NCBI GenBank assembly: GCA_037447605.1
Contig: CM074816.1
Span: 1 to 64,000 of the forward strand
Direction: 5' to 3'
Length of the DNA stretch: 64,000 nt
Source: Zygnema circumcarinatum SAG 698-1b
Taxonomy: Eukaryota; Plantae; Zygnematophyceae
The notes under the pieces are model-generated. The model did not search any database, was not told where the DNA came from, and was given only the letters and a program-made list of their open reading frames with translations. The translations under genes and the position numbers were made by a program. Positions 1-13,305 of this stretch are shown here, in pieces. The first letter of the stretch is position 1, and every line of letters starts with the position of its first letter.

Positions 1-62
1 TCTATCTCTCTCTCTCCCCCCCTCCCTCTCTCCCCCCTCCCTCTCTCCCTCCCTCTCTCCCC

Positions 63-95
<33 letters not shown>
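1..95. repeat. CT-rich microsatellite ending at an assembly gap
   Basis: (CT)n/(CCCTCT)n run directly visible, followed by N x10 at 96-105. Confidence 0.95.
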
Positions 96-244
96 NNNNN
101 NNNNNACTCAAGGGTTTTCACGAGCAGCGTTCAAGCTCCTTCAACACATGCGCCACGACGGTCTCAGCCCCTCAGGCCACTGAGCAACCCGTACCATGCT
201 CAGAGATCACGGTGTTTTTAGGGTGGATTACAAATACCGGGCAC

Positions 245-261
245 TGGCTCTGATACCAATG
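245..261 (-). mobile_element. LTR-retrotransposon primer-binding site (tRNA-iMet) next to an LTR end
   Basis: Minus strand reads ...GTTACA-T-TGGTATCAGAGCCA: an LTR-type CA end followed by the canonical plant iMet PBS TGGTATCAGAGC. The partner LTR was not located. Confidence 0.7.
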
Positions 262-399
262 TAACAAACCTGCCAACTGCAATGTTTGAACACAAGACCT
301 CCCGGTACCCACACCAGTGCTTTACCATTAAAAGGCAACCGCGGATGTAAGTACTAGGCCATACAACACATGTATAGCGTTTCGCTACATCCTCCGAGT

Positions 400-683
400 C
401 CAGCTCTCGGTGCGCCGACGGAAGAACTGTTGCCGCTAGTGATACCTGCACCCAGCTTTCCCCCACATGAGACCATCGGTGATGAGGAGTGGTTGGAAAT
501 AGAGGGGCAGATGCGATTAGGGCCTGCAGTCCTCTCAAACCCGATCAAGCATTCTCAACTACGCCAAGTGCTGCGCCGAAATCACCTAGTTTTCGCACGA
601 CATTCACTCGACATCGGCAAGACTCACTTGATTGAGCACCACATCGATATGGGGGATGCGCCTCCCGTGATGACCCTGACTCC
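400..683 (+). mobile_element. Ty3/Gypsy pol fragment (segment just upstream of RT), truncated by gap
   Basis: ORF 370..852 contains LVFARHSLDIGKTHLIEHHIDMGDAPPV, matching the Gypsy pre-RT pattern VFA...DLG.T..IEH.IDTGDA.PV. The gap starts at 684. Confidence 0.65.
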
Positions 684-3011
684 NNNNNNNNNNCGTACTA
701 GCCGTACGAGCTGTAGTAGCCGTTACGGGCTCGAAGCTTTTTGGTTTGCTGCCTCAGTAAACGCTAAGGCGTGCTTCATGTACTGTATGCGGCAAGCCAC
801 GATACGATACGGTACGATGCGATGCGATATGACCGAAAATGATACGATATAATGCGATACGATACGTACGGACATACATGAACTCTAACATAATTCCGCT
901 CGCCTATTGGTAACACGGACCTTATATTTGCCAAATACAATATTTTCGCCCGATTTTTGCCAAATGTAGGTGGAAAATATGACGGGGTCCTACTGTACTG
1001 TACAGTATATGAGCTGTACTAGTTTACCGTACAGTACTTTACCGTACGATCTTGGTCCACGACCTGCCCTGGGATGACAAAAATGCGACATTTCAATATT
1101 TTGGTAGTTGTCGCATTTGTGGATTTGTTGGGCCCAAGAGCAAACTTGCGCTCATGAGTTATAGCCATAATCATAGTCGTAGTCGTCACAGTCTTAGTCA
1201 AATTCCTAGTCAGCCTAGCATAAGTCGACAAAACACGACAAACCAACACGACCGACGGCGTCGGCGACGTCTACGCGCGGGTCTGTGCAAACCGTTGCAG
1301 GATGGGGTCGTAGCAGAGCACTGTGACCGTACGTCACCGTGTTGCTAGAGTTGAGTAGAACTGCGTCACATGGAACTGCACATAAACAGTTCCCAGGTCC
1401 GTAAGGTGTCGTCGGCGAACCCCTCGGCCGTACGGCCAGGAGGCAAAACGACACGTGTCGAGAGCCCAGTGGCAGTACTGTGGACAACTGTCGCCACTTG
1501 CGACAAAGTCTCTCCAGGCTGTGGATACGTCTCGTTTGTCGTTTTACTAGATGCCGAGCCTAGGTTTGTGCAGGAGATAATGACGAGCATCTATTGATTG
1601 CGGCCGTGTACCAAGCAGGATGCTACCGACAAAATAACCGACCAAGACCGATCGCTAAATTTGGCGCTTTGTGCCAAGTGGCCAACAGGCCATTTGGCCG
1701 GAAGGGATCTGTGATTCTCTAAATGTACGAATTGACAAAGTTACGGACACGACCGTACGCCTTCGTTTTTTGTCGCTTTGTTGGAGTACGCGTAGTCAAC
1801 CTTTGATATCTTCCATATCTCGTCTGCCGAAGGACCAGTCAACGCATTTCAAACATCAAAAAATTCTTCCAAAGTTTTTTTTCATCTGCCCGGTCCCCAA
1901 GCTAAAACTCCCACACCGTAAAACCGAACAGATTGAGAAAATGAGGAACGAGTTTAATCAATTTCTCAATGTTATTGAATAGGATTGAACTTTGAACACT
2001 CGAGGTCGAAACTTTTTCAATTTAAGAAAGCGAAAGTTTTAAAGAAAAAGTTCACAGACTCAACATGTTCGGTCGCACTTGTGGATTCCAATTTTTGTCA
2101 CGTTGGTCCTTTGCAATTTGAGGGATCCGGTTAACCCGGAACCCATTGTTTTCCGTACGACTCTCCCCGCGAGCCGATCAACAATTTCTGTACGAACAAG
2201 CGGGTCCACGCGCTTTGCGATCCGCTGAAATCTCATTGTTGATCGGTGGACCCAAGGAAAACTCAAATTGAACACGAACGATAATTAATTGTTCCATGCT
2301 CAATTGGTTCTCCATAAAAAATGTATTGAGAAAAAAAATTAGGAATTCATTTCTCATTTCTCAAAATGAATCGTGTTCACAAATATAGGGTTTTGTTTCA
2401 GAAACTGGCCAGAAGCTTTAATTTCTTTTTTTCTCAACCTGTTCGGTTTCACGGTACGGCCATATGCCCTTCAATAGACACGTGGCAGTCCCACGAAAAT
2501 TCCTCCATGCTGCCCAAAAAAGGTTCCACGAAATTCAACCCTAGATTCCCTCGACCCGATTCTGCCCGCCCGAAATTCCGGATCCTCCATGCGCCCCGCC
2601 GTTGAATTTCCACGACTGTCGCGTAGCGAGACATATCCCCGCCCCCTTCCCGTCAGCATCCGGAGATCCCGCCCCACGATAAGCGAATCTTGTCCCATGC
2701 ACGATCCTCCCGCCCGCGCCCCCCAACCGCCATAACCGCCGGCAGTTAACCCGCTCGCCCCCGCCCCCACACCCGTGTGTCGGCGCTGAGGAATTCCCGG
2801 ACGCGGCGCAATCATGGTCCCCCCCCGCAACCGACAACTTTTCCGACGGTCATGCGCCGGCCGGCGGGCCCCACCGTTCCCCTGCCGGCGACCTGCTGGC
2901 CGGCGCGCCGCCGCTATTTGAACGTTCTCTCAGGAGACATTTTAGCGCAGCCGCCGCCTTCCCTCCCTCCCCCTTCCCTTCCCTTCACTTCCTTTAGCCG
3001 CCGCCGCCGCC

Positions 3012-4283
3012 ATGGCGACCGGCGTCCTCCCTGGGGGGATGTGGGAGAGTCTCTTGGCCGCGCGAATGGCCACGTGTCAGCAGCAGCAGCAGCAGGCATC
3101 CATGGCGGAGGCCGTGGAGGGCTCGGCGCCGGAGGGGAGCGGGGAGGGGGACTTGTGGAGTCTCCTTTGCCGGAAGTTTCCCGGAAAGGTGAAGAAGGAT
3201 GCAGAGGGAGGTTCTGTGAAGAATCGGACGAGGGATCTCAGCTTCCTGGAAAACTCAGAGGATGAGAATTCGGGAGGGTTCAGGGAAGGGAGGGGTCTAA
3301 GCGGCTATAGCTCCTGTCAGACTGATGTCTCGCGGGACTTTGCGCACAGCTCTCCTGAAGCGAGCCACAACTCTGACGGCTCGACTGGCGGGAATCGGAG
3401 GGGGGTCAAGAGGGTACACGACGAATTGTTTGAATCTGAAACTCTCACAACGAGTAAAGTGAAGCCCCTCTCTAATGCCGAGCTCATGGCCACGTGTCTC
3501 GCTCTCATCCATCCATACAGAAAAATGCCATGGAATGGAATGGCGGCAAAGGGGAAACCAAATGCTTGGAGCGACGCATTGCGCTATGGGAAGGCTTCGG
3601 AAAGTGCCCCTGGAGGATCAGGAGGAGTACCTCACTCTAAGGATGGCAGGGCCTGCTGTGTCTTCATGTGTACTCATTTCGGTCTGCAGTGCAGCCAGAA
3701 TCAGTCCTCGGGCGCCGCTTTTCCGTCTCCTGATCCAATCTCCTTCGGACCCTTCCCGAGCTCGTGCCCGCCAAAGAGCAAAGAGTTTCTCTCCGCCGCT
3801 GATATGTTCTTCTTAACTATGGCCCGAGGGAACCGATCTTCCCCTTTGTTCCCTTCCATGGACTGGAACTCTCCCGATGAATTCTTCAATTCAGCACCTC
3901 ACTTTGCCGCGCAGTCCGCCCGGTCTAAGAAGGGAGCCTGCACCAATGCTTCGAGTGGAAAAGCTGATTTTCTTAATTCAACACATAGAAATGCGGTTCC
4001 AACGAGCCCCGGAAGTCTGTTCTCCATGTTGCCAGCGCAGAGATCCTCGGCTCAAGTGCTTCCGCCATTGAAGCTCCGAAAGAGAGAAGCCAACCCTAAT
4101 TTTTCGTCGCAGAGGAAGATTTCCATTGCTCGAGGCATGAAGAGAAACGCCAACGCTAAAACTTTTGCAGAGAAAGAGGCGCCGTTCTGGACACCGTGCG
4201 CTCTGACGGAACGGAGCCGCATGGATAAGCAGGCAGGTGGAGGGGGCTCGGCCGCTTACCTGGACTTAGAGCTGAAGCTTTGA
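3012..4283 (+). CDS. Intronless uncharacterised protein (423 aa) with C-terminal EAR motif; family member 1
   Basis: Long ORF. Shares GDLWSLLCRKFP, RGVKR, CCVFMCTHFGLQC and terminal YLDLELKL-stop with two paralogs at 13.3 and 18.1 kb. Confidence 0.8.
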   Translation: MATGVLPGGMWESLLAARMATCQQQQQQASMAEAVEGSAPEGSGEGDLWSLLCRKFPGKVKKDAEGGSVKNRTRDLSFLENSEDENSGGFREGRGLSGYSSCQTDVSRDFAHSSPEASHNSDGSTGGNRRGVKRVHDELFESETLTTSKVKPLSNAELMATCLALIHPYRKMPWNGMAAKGKPNAWSDALRYGKASESAPGGSGGVPHSKDGRACCVFMCTHFGLQCSQNQSSGAAFPSPDPISFGPFPSSCPPKSKEFLSAADMFFLTMARGNRSSPLFPSMDWNSPDEFFNSAPHFAAQSARSKKGACTNASSGKADFLNSTHRNAVPTSPGSLFSMLPAQRSSAQVLPPLKLRKREANPNFSSQRKISIARGMKRNANAKTFAEKEAPFWTPCALTERSRMDKQAGGGGSAAYLDLELKL

Positions 4284-5375
4284 ATAGGAACTGGTGGGAT
4301 TAATTGGCCGCGAAGAAACTTTCACGAGAATTTTGATACGCATTTTTTTATTCTATTAGTTCGTAATTCGTTTTGGGGTGGCTCTGGGGTCGCCGTCGAC
4401 ATCATCAACATCGTCATTCTCGATATTGACCGACATGGGGCGTAAAACAGGGTTGAGGTTTTGCAGGGGGTGTAAAGCACAAATTCTTTCAAAATTTCAT
4501 TCAATCTTCTGTAGGGAGTCACAGTGGCACCTTGAAAGGGTTCAGAGTCAAGAAACTTGTTGTAGAGTAGAAAAAAATCTGTGCTGTATAGCGAAGACAT
4601 GGTGGGGATTTTATCGGGGCAAGTAGAAACAGAGAACATAAGAATATCTACGACGTGAGAACAGAGGCAGATTGGATTCAGATTGTTTCATTTTTTTTTT
4701 TTTTTTTATAGCTGTAGAGTGTGCCGATGAAGACCAAGTGTGTGAGGCCATCATATTTGTTGATTACATTCAATTTTATTTAAAAAAAAAAAAAAATGGG
4801 ACCTAACTGAGTCATCTTGATTGTATATATGCGATTGAAACCAACGATCAGCACGAAGCACAACTAGACAACTTCCATCCATCATCATGTCAGGAAAAAA
4901 CGGAACATTTCCATTCACTTTTTTCACTGCGCATTTCTTAAGGTACAATACACTTTACATGCGGAACAAGTGTAAAGATCATCCCTTTCCACTCTTCCGG
5001 TTCACAAATTCTCCTGCACAGGTTCATACTGCTACAACTACAACTACTCCTTCTCCGAGTAGCATTCTCCATTCCATCTCCGATCTGTACGAAAGCAACA
5101 AAGAAACGAAAAGGGGGTGAGAATTAAGACGCAGACTAAGGTGTAAGACAAGCAAGCAACATCCTGAGCAACAAAAATTCACTTCATAAATGAAAGGAAT
5201 CTTGAAGCATCACCCCCTCAACACCCATTCATCCCTATCCTCGTACGCATCATCCCCTTAACAAGCATCTCGCCCGTTTCACCTCTCGAATGCCAAAGCC
5301 CTCCCTGAGAACTCCCCCCCCCCCACACCCCCAACGTGACGTGACGGGCGCGCGTACCAACCATTGGCGGTCCCC

Positions 5376-6327
5376 TCAGTTGGCCCCCGCGTGGTTCTTG
5401 GCCTCCTGCGCGGTGTGGTGCGCGGCGTCCTGAGTCCGTCCCGTCACGTCACGCGCTGCGTCCTGAGTCCGCCCCGTCGCGTCACGCGCTGCGTCCTGCG
5501 TCTGCCCCGTCATGTCGCGCGCCTTGTCGCCGGCCTGCCCCGCAGCGCCCATCACGTTGTCCTTCGCTGCACGGACAGACAGCCGCCATGAGGGGGGAGG
5601 CTGTCAGGAAAGATCGGGGAGTGGGAGAGGGAGTGGGGGATGTAGCAGGAGCGGGGAGGGAGGGGGCTTGTCTGACGAGGGCGGGAGGAGGGAGGGAAAA
5701 AGGGGGGGGGGGTGTTCAGATTAAAAGTGGAGAAGAGATGGGAAAGAGAGGCCTGAACGCACTAGAGGGCCAATTAAACGAGTCGTTTTCTAGAAGGAGA
5801 CTGAAATCTGCAATCGACACAGCGAGCGGCGGAGGGCAGCCCAAACTGGATGACGCTAGCATGACTCCATGGAACAGGTCTCGATTATGTGACGCTCACC
5901 TCCCTGGGCCATGCCCTTGACCTTGTCAGCCATCGACTGCACCCACAACCCGAAGCCCCACCATGTCCTCTCAAATACCCTCCATTCACATCATGACAGG
6001 TGGCAAGTGGAAGAGCCAACGACACCTCCAAATATCAACCCAAATCACCGAGAGTAGAAATGCCAGCGCATACGACAAACCACCTTGCAACCTCTTTTTC
6101 CCTCACAATCCCAAGGCCTTAAAAATCTCCCCTTTAAAAAAAGCAAGTACAAAAAGAAAACCCACGACCGAAATCAAACGCCCAACAGACCAACTGTTAA
6201 AGATAAAACGATAAAACCTATCTCACTCTAAATCTCGCAGTAGAAAGCCCTTTGTAACAACCGCCATAGCGATAGCCATTTGTGACCATATCAGGCATGC
6301 ATGGGTACATACCTCTTGTCCAGACAT
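5376..6327 (-). CDS. Group-3 LEA-like protein, copy A (80 aa, 3 exons)
   Basis: Exons 6327-6313 (MSGQE), 5936-5900 (SMADKVKGMAQG), 5566-5376, all GT-AG with consistent phases (243 nt). Three 11-aa repeats of the type xTGRTQDAARD; hydrophilic, Ala/Thr/Gln/Asp-rich. Confidence 0.85.
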
Positions 6328-7066
6328 GCTTGCTTTTGAGAGGGGAAGGTTCGCTCCGGACAGAAGGTGTGCGTTGTTGAGTGTTTGCGACTGAACAGAA
6401 AATTTCGCCCTTCAAACAACGCGCGCGGGCCTCCATTTTATAGGCGAAGGCGGCGCTAGAGGCGGGCGGGGGTTGGCCACGTGGCAAGTGCTCATTAGGC
6501 CGGTTCGGCCATGCCGGAATCCCGTGGCCGGCCATCCGATGCGGCCAATCAGAGGGCGCCAGGTACGGAGAAAGTTTTTCTTCGGGCAGGAACGTGACGT
6601 TCGCTGTTACGTTCTTCGAATGTCATCCCGAATTCTGCGTCGTGATTCGTCAAACGTTCTTTTTTTCCCTGCCCGAGTTTTGTGGAAACTGCCAGCTTAG
6701 CAGTTTCGCAGGATTACGTGTCGCCAAGTTTGAAGCCGAAGGTCTACAGCCAATAGCTTACCGCCACGTGAAGAATGTTTGTTTCACCTGGACCAATGGA
6801 ACGTCTCCATGTCAGCATATGTTTGGGCGCCATGTCATTCGCGCATGCGGATAGGTCAGGGGCTCTCAGGGCGCGACACGCGTTCTTGGACCTAGACAGC
6901 CAGTGCAGTCCTGCCACGTGTCCTGATTTTCACAGCGCGTCGGTGGCTCTGCGAGTGATAAAAGGGCCACTCCGCAGCACCAAACATCGACCATCTTCAG
7001 TGACTTGAAATTTACTCCTGTTCGTATTCTCTGCAACCTCCCGAGCTTTCTTCTTTCTTCGCGACG
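6328..7066. promoter_or_regulatory. Bidirectional promoter between divergent LEA genes, G-box/ABRE-rich
   Basis: CACGTG at 6478, 6765, 6915. ACGTGTC ABRE at ~6716 and 6916. CCAAT ~6545. TATAAAA on the minus strand ~6436-6442 and GATAAAAG ~6958 on the plus strand. Confidence 0.7.
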
Positions 7067-7873
7067 ATGTCGGGCCAGGAGGTAAAGGGAGCCGCTTTTC
7101 TGTCTAATGTATGCAAGTTTTTTGGGGTCTATGGCTGCAATGAGAGGGAAAGAAAAGATGGTGATTAGAGTTTAAGGCCTTGGGATATCTGAGGGAAAAA
7201 GTGGAGGTTGAAAGGTGGTTTGTCGTATGCGCTGGCATTTCTATGCTCGGTGATTTGGGTCGACATTTGGAGGTGTCGTTGGCTCGTCCTTTTGCCACGT
7301 GTCAAGATGTAAATGGAGGGTATTTGAGAGGACATGGTGGGGCTTCGGGTTGTGGGTGCAGTCGATGGCTGACAAGGTCAAGGGCATGGCCCAGGGAGGT
7401 GAGCGTCACATAATCAAGACCTGTCCCATGGAATCATGCTAGCGTCATCCAGTTTAAGCTGCTCTCCGCCGCTCGCTGTGTCGATTGCAGATTTCAGTCT
7501 CCTTCTAGAAAACGACTCGTTTCACTGGCCCTCTAGTTCGTCCAGACCTCTCTTTCCCATCTCTTCTCCACTTTTAATGCGCCCCCCCCCCAACCCCCCA
7601 CCTTTTCCCTCTTCCCGCCCTCGTCAGACAAGCCCCCTCCCTCCCCGCTCCTGCTACATCCCCCACTCCCTCTCCCACTCCCCGATCTTTCCTGACAGCC
7701 TCCCCCCTCATGGCGGCTGTCTGTCCGTGCAGCGAAGGACAACGTGATGGGCGCTGCGGGGCAGGCCGGCGACAAGGCGCGCGACATGACGGGGCAGACG
7801 CAGGACGCAGCGCGTGACGCGACGGGGCGGACTCAGGACGCGGCGCGTGACGCGACGGGGCGAACTCAGGACG
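7067..7873 (+). CDS. Group-3 LEA-like protein, copy B (truncated by assembly gap; probably the same locus as copy C)
   Basis: Exons 7067-7081, 7362-7398, 7733-gap. Identical to copy C at offset 1563. Confidence 0.6.
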
Positions 7874-7883
7874 NNNNNNNNNN

Positions 7884-9436
7884 CAGACATGCTTGCTTTT
7901 GAGAGGGGAAGGTTCGCTCCGGACAGAAGGTGTGCGTTGTTGAGTGTTTGCGACTGAACAGAAAATTTCGCCCTTCAAACAACGCGCGCGGGCCTCCATT
8001 TTATAGGCGAAGGCGGCGCTAGAGGCGGGCGGGGGTTGGCCACGTGGCAAGTGCTCATTAGGCCGGTTCGGCCATGCCGGAATCCCGTGGCCGGCCATCC
8101 GATGCGGCCAATCAGAGGGCGCCAGGTACGGAGAAAGTTTTTCTTCGGGCAGGAACGTGACGTTCGCTGTTACGTTCTTCGAATGTCATCCCGAATTCTG
8201 CGTCGTGATTCGTCAAACGTTCTTTTTTTCCCTGCCCGAGTTTTGTGGAAACTGCCAGCTTAGCAGTTTCGCAGGATTACGTGTCGCCAAGTTTGAAGCC
8301 GAAGGTCTACAGCCAATAGCTTACCGCCACGTGAAGAATGTTTGTTTCACCTGGACCAATGGAACGTCTCCATGTCAGCATATGTTTGGGCGCCATGTCA
8401 TTCGCGCATGCGGATAGGTCAGGGGCTCTCAGGGCGCGACACGCGTTCTTGGACCTAGACAGCCAGTGCAGTCCTGCCACGTGTCCTGATTTTCACAGCG
8501 CGTCGGTGGCTCTGCGAGTGATAAAAGGGCCACTCCGCAGCACCAAACATCGACCATCTTCAGTGACTTGAAATTTACTCCTGTTCGTATTCTCTGCAAC
8601 CTCCCGAGCTTTCTTCTTTCTTCGCGACGATGTCGGGCCAGGAGGTAAAGGGAGCCGCTTTTCTGTCTAATGTATGCAAGTTTTTTGGGGTCTATGGCTG
8701 CAATGAGAGGGAAAGAAAAGATGGTGATTAGAGTTTAAGGCCTTGGGATATCTGAGGGAAAAAGTGGAGGTTGAAAGGTGGTTTGTCGTATGCGCTGGCA
8801 TTTCTATGCTCGGTGATTTGGGTCGACATTTGGAGGTGTCGTTGGCTCGTCCTTTTGCCACGTGTCAAGATGTAAATGGAGGGTATTTGAGAGGACATGG
8901 TGGGGCTTCGGGTTGTGGGTGCAGTCGATGGCTGACAAGGTCAAGGGCATGGCCCAGGGAGGTGAGCGTCACATAATCAAGACCTGTCCCATGGAATCAT
9001 GCTAGCGTCATCCAGTTTAAGCTGCTCTCCGCCGCTCGCTGTGTCGATTGCAGATTTCAGTCTCCTTCTAGAAAACGACTCGTTTCACTGGCCCTCTAGT
9101 TCGTCCAGACCTCTCTTTCCCATCTCTTCTCCACTTTTAATGCGCCCCCCCCCCAACCCCCCACCTTTTCCCTCTTCCCGCCCTCGTCAGACAAGCCCCC
9201 TCCCTCCCCGCTCCTGCTACATCCCCCACTCCCTCTCCCACTCCCCGATCTTTCCTGACAGCCTCCCCCCTCATGGCGGCTGTCTGTCCGTGCAGCGAAG
9301 GACAACGTGATGGGCGCTGCGGGGCAGGCCGGCGACAAGGCGCGCGACATGACGGGGCAGACGCAGGACGCAGCGCGTGACGCGACGGGGCGGACTCAGG
9401 ACGCGGCGCGTGACGCGACGGGGCGAACTCAGGACG
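7884..9436 (+). other. Apparently identical direct duplicate of 6321-7873 across a 10-N gap (likely contig-overlap artefact)
   Basis: ORFs repeat identically at offset 1563 (e.g. 6473..6700 and 8036..8263). The duplicate starts exactly at the gap edge, in the middle of copy A exon 1 (CAGACAT). Confidence 0.8.
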
Positions 9437-9519
9437 CAGCGCGTGACGTGACGGGACGGACGCAGGACGCGGCGCACCACACCGCGCAGGAGGCCAAGAA
9501 CCACGCGGGGGCCAACTGA
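8630..9519 (+). CDS. Group-3 LEA-like protein, copy C (91 aa, 3 exons)
   Basis: Exons 8630-8644, 8925-8961, 9296-9519. MSGQESMADKVKGMAQGAKDNVMGAAGQAGDKARD followed by four 11-aa repeats, ending AKNHAGAN-stop. Confidence 0.85.
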
Positions 9520-12295
9520 GGGGGCCGCCAATGGTTGGTACGCGCGCCCGTCACGTCGCGTGGGGGGGGCGGGGGGGGGAAGGGGGGGCATATGTGGGGC
9601 TTGAACGTGGGGCGATGGTTCTCAGGGAGGGCTTTGGCTTTCGAGAGGTGAAACGGGCGAGATGCTTGTTAGGGGGGTGATGGGTACGAGGGTAGGGATG
9701 AATGGATGTTGCAGTACAGGCTGGTAAGGGCGAAAGTTAACGGGGAAGCAGCGATGGTTTGTGGGGGTAGGAAGAGATGGAGATATGGCGAGGGGGGAGA
9801 GGATGATATGGGTGTGGTGGGGTGAAGTGGAGAGTGGAAGGAGGGAGAGAAAGGGACGCGGGAGAGGGGGAGAGTGCAGAGGGAGAGGAAAGAGGCGAGT
9901 GTGGTATCGCAGACGGAAAAGGAAGGGAAGAGAAGGAGGGCGCATAGAAAGAGTTTGAGGGAGGATGGAACTGAGGGAAGGTAGAATCATGAAGAGTTGA
10001 ACTCAAAAGTAACTTCGTACTGTGTGTTCTGACGAGTTTCTGGTTTTCCATATACTGCAGGTCTGTTAGTCCATCTTGGAGCAGGCCGTGTACAGTCAAG
10101 AGAAACTTCAAAAGGAATTTCGCTGTTGGGGGTTGAGCAGAATTTTGTACATGGCAGATTGTGTAAAGTGTGTGGTATATTTCAGAAGTGACTCAAATGA
10201 AGCAAAAATGTTGTGTTCGAGACCATGTTGTGGAAAAAGATGACTTCCTACTTTTGTCACAAATGGCCAGTCACTTTCGTATTGTCGTCAATGGAAGCCA
10301 ATATGCTGATTGAATGGTTCGGTGCACTTCATTTAAACTTAAAAAATATATTTGGAACACTGAAAGGGTGAAAACCACTTAAAAGTCAGACATTTCGACT
10401 TAAACATCATTTTTATGCTGTTACAGCACATGTGAAATTTCTTACTGTCCATCACCTTATGCTTGCATTCAAACTTCTATTGGATTTCATCGCTAGTACA
10501 GGTCAACTTGTTGACATGCATTTTTTCACAGCTTCAAATATTTCAAACAGCCAGAAAAACTCGTTCACTTCTCTACCACTCAACATGTTTCTCCCTTCTC
10601 GTTCCCTCCACCCTCTTGCTCTCTCTCGCACTCACTACCTTTGATCTCTTTCTGAAAATCTCTCACCTTCTCTCTCTCCTAAATTTCCTGCTCCTTTTGC
10701 CACCCTAATCATAATTCTTCTTTGTTCTAATCTTTCCCGTCTCCTTTTCACCAATTCATCTTCCCTTCTTCCTTTCCAATCTTTCCATCCTTCCTCTCCA
10801 CTTCGCTCTCTCCATTCCATCTTCGTTTCACTCCACCCCACCCATGCTTCTCCTTCCACACCCCTATGCCTCCCTCTGCCACTTCCCTTCCTCCACCTCG
10901 TACTCGTCCTTACTCTCCTCCGCCTTTCCCATATGTTATCATCAATCCTTGTCTAACTGCACCCTCCCTCCCTCCCTCTTCCTCTTTATCTCCCTCTAAA
11001 GCCTGCCGCTTCTCTCTCTCTTCTCTCCCCTCCTTCCATCGCAGTCCCTCCACACTTCCACCCCTCCCCACTTCCTCTCCCTGCCCCTGCGTGTAAAAAA
11101 CCCTAAACTTCTATACACGTGAACGATACGATATAGTTGGCGATATTAATCGAGATAATATCGTCTATAACAACATATGAACGGAACGGAACGGGATGGG
11201 TCGACCTTTTACGGAGCGTTGGCCATATAGCGTGAAATTTATTTTTTTGTCTCCGTGAAACACAGTTCTGCTTGACAAACACGCCGTTCTTTGTTGACCT
11301 TCCAATGGCAGAAAGGTACAACGCTCAACAAGCATAGAGCAGATAGTAAATTCGCGGAAAGCTCCCTCGTTACGAGCAAGCGATGTGCGTTTGTCGTTTA
11401 GGGCGAGACCGCGAGAGACTCGGCTCTCCATGATGACGTCAGCGGACCATCGCAGTGACCGAAACGCCAAAGAAAAGTTTGCGTTAAAGCAGCCAAAATA
11501 ATTGGCATGGTAACGGCCAACGGTCGTACGAAAAACCGCCACAAGGAAACGATAAAACCCGTGATCGCATGCCCTTTCAAAACGACAAACTCCCTAACGA
11601 CCCGCAGAGACTCGCAAGGCTTTCTGCTGCAGTGCCGCCGATCGTTCTGCCGCCCAGCGGGGACACAATCGTACGAACGGGCCACTGGCGCGAAATTTTC
11701 CGGCGCCACAATTTGTCGTAAGTCAACGCCTTCAAATCAGCTGCGGTGTGGACGGAGTGCATGGAAAGGAGCTGTTCCGTCGAATGGAACAGCTTCCATG
11801 TATTTTTGACACGTGGTGGACTCCAAGTTCCACGTTGCGCGGCGGAAGCACGAAAAGTTGCGCTCGGGATCAACGCAGATCCGTGGGGGGTGGACTCGAT
11901 GAAATTTCGGAGTCCACGCTTGTGTCACGTCACGGACGACCGAGGCCCCGATTGGAATAAGTTTTATGGATTTTTCAATTTTCTGGAAATTCAAAGATGT
12001 GCAGAGAATCCGACGATTGCCGTAACGTCGAATTGCGATAAAAGTTTTTCGGGCAGGAAATTGTCCGCCGATTGTCGGGCCGTCGCGGTCTTTGTCGTGG
12101 ACGAAAAGTTTCGAAAGGGTCTACCCGAACGGGCAGATTTCTCAAGTTGTGGCACAAAACGACAGAGCAGTACGACAACATGTTGGTGGTATTGTATGGA
12201 CAATGTGTGCGAACGAACTTGGGATTTGCTAGCGCCCAAAGACGGGCGCCGTGGGTGGAAAAGTGGGGGGGGGGGGGGGGGGGGGNNNNNNNNNN

Positions 12296-12331
<36 letters not shown>

Positions 12332-13305
12332 CAAAAAAAGTGTGAAGGCGACCAATCGCTGGGCCGAGCAAGGCCTGTGATTTAGAACGGCGCAAGCTCC
12401 CACCACTACGCGGCCGCCACGTGGCATCTGAACGGCAGGGCTTCCGGCTGAGATTGCAACGCATGTAGCGCGTCGGATTTTTTTGAATTTTGAGGTTCCG
12501 TTCAACGGGACTGCGGGACGGCGGATGTGGCGCTGCCTGACATTGGCGTATCGCGCGTATCGTACGTATCGTGTATCGTGCATATCGTGAATTGACATGG
12601 AATCGTGATCTCGATCAGCTTGACTTGAACATGGCCTTCGTGCTTTTTCCAAAGCACACAAAATGTTGGAAGTTTTTAACCATTTGAAAGACCATGTGGA
12701 GTGTCATTTTTTAAAGTACTTGAACGACAACAGTGCCAGCATTCAGATGTGTTGTGAAAAGCAATGATAAGTTTTCCGGTCACGTCCATCCAAATGTCAT
12801 TTTCTGAAATAGAAGTGCTCATACAAAGGAGATAAAAAAAAATATAACTAAATAAACCCACCATGAACACTCGAGAGAATAACTGTTACTGAACAGATTG
12901 ACACATGGAACATGGACCTATGTGGCACTGGACATACTACGTTCTGTGTATTGTACAAGTTGAAGACATAAAATTAAACAAAATCAACTAATAAAACAAT
13001 AAACAATAATTAATCATTCCTGTCATACCCTATCCGAAGCTCGCGTACAATATGTAAGCAAGCTGCCTCCCTCTACCAAACTGCAAGAGATCAACAAGCT
13101 CCGTCCCTTCAACCTTACATCGGCCTATAGCAACTATCATATGCGGGCCAGTGCTGCTATTATTACACACTCACCGTGCTCCCTTGTTCGAAGCCATGGC
13201 GGAAAAAGAAAAAAGAAATAAAAAATCAACATAACGAGGCGCGTGATACAGTACAGGATGCGTCGATAGATGCTCACACTCCATACAGTTTATGAGCCCA
13301 AATCT

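Noticed and set aside
6321-9436. 1563-bp tandem duplication giving a third LEA gene
   Set aside because: The copies appear identical even in homopolymer lengths and abut a 10-N gap. This is typical of overlapping contig ends, so copies B and C are probably one gene.
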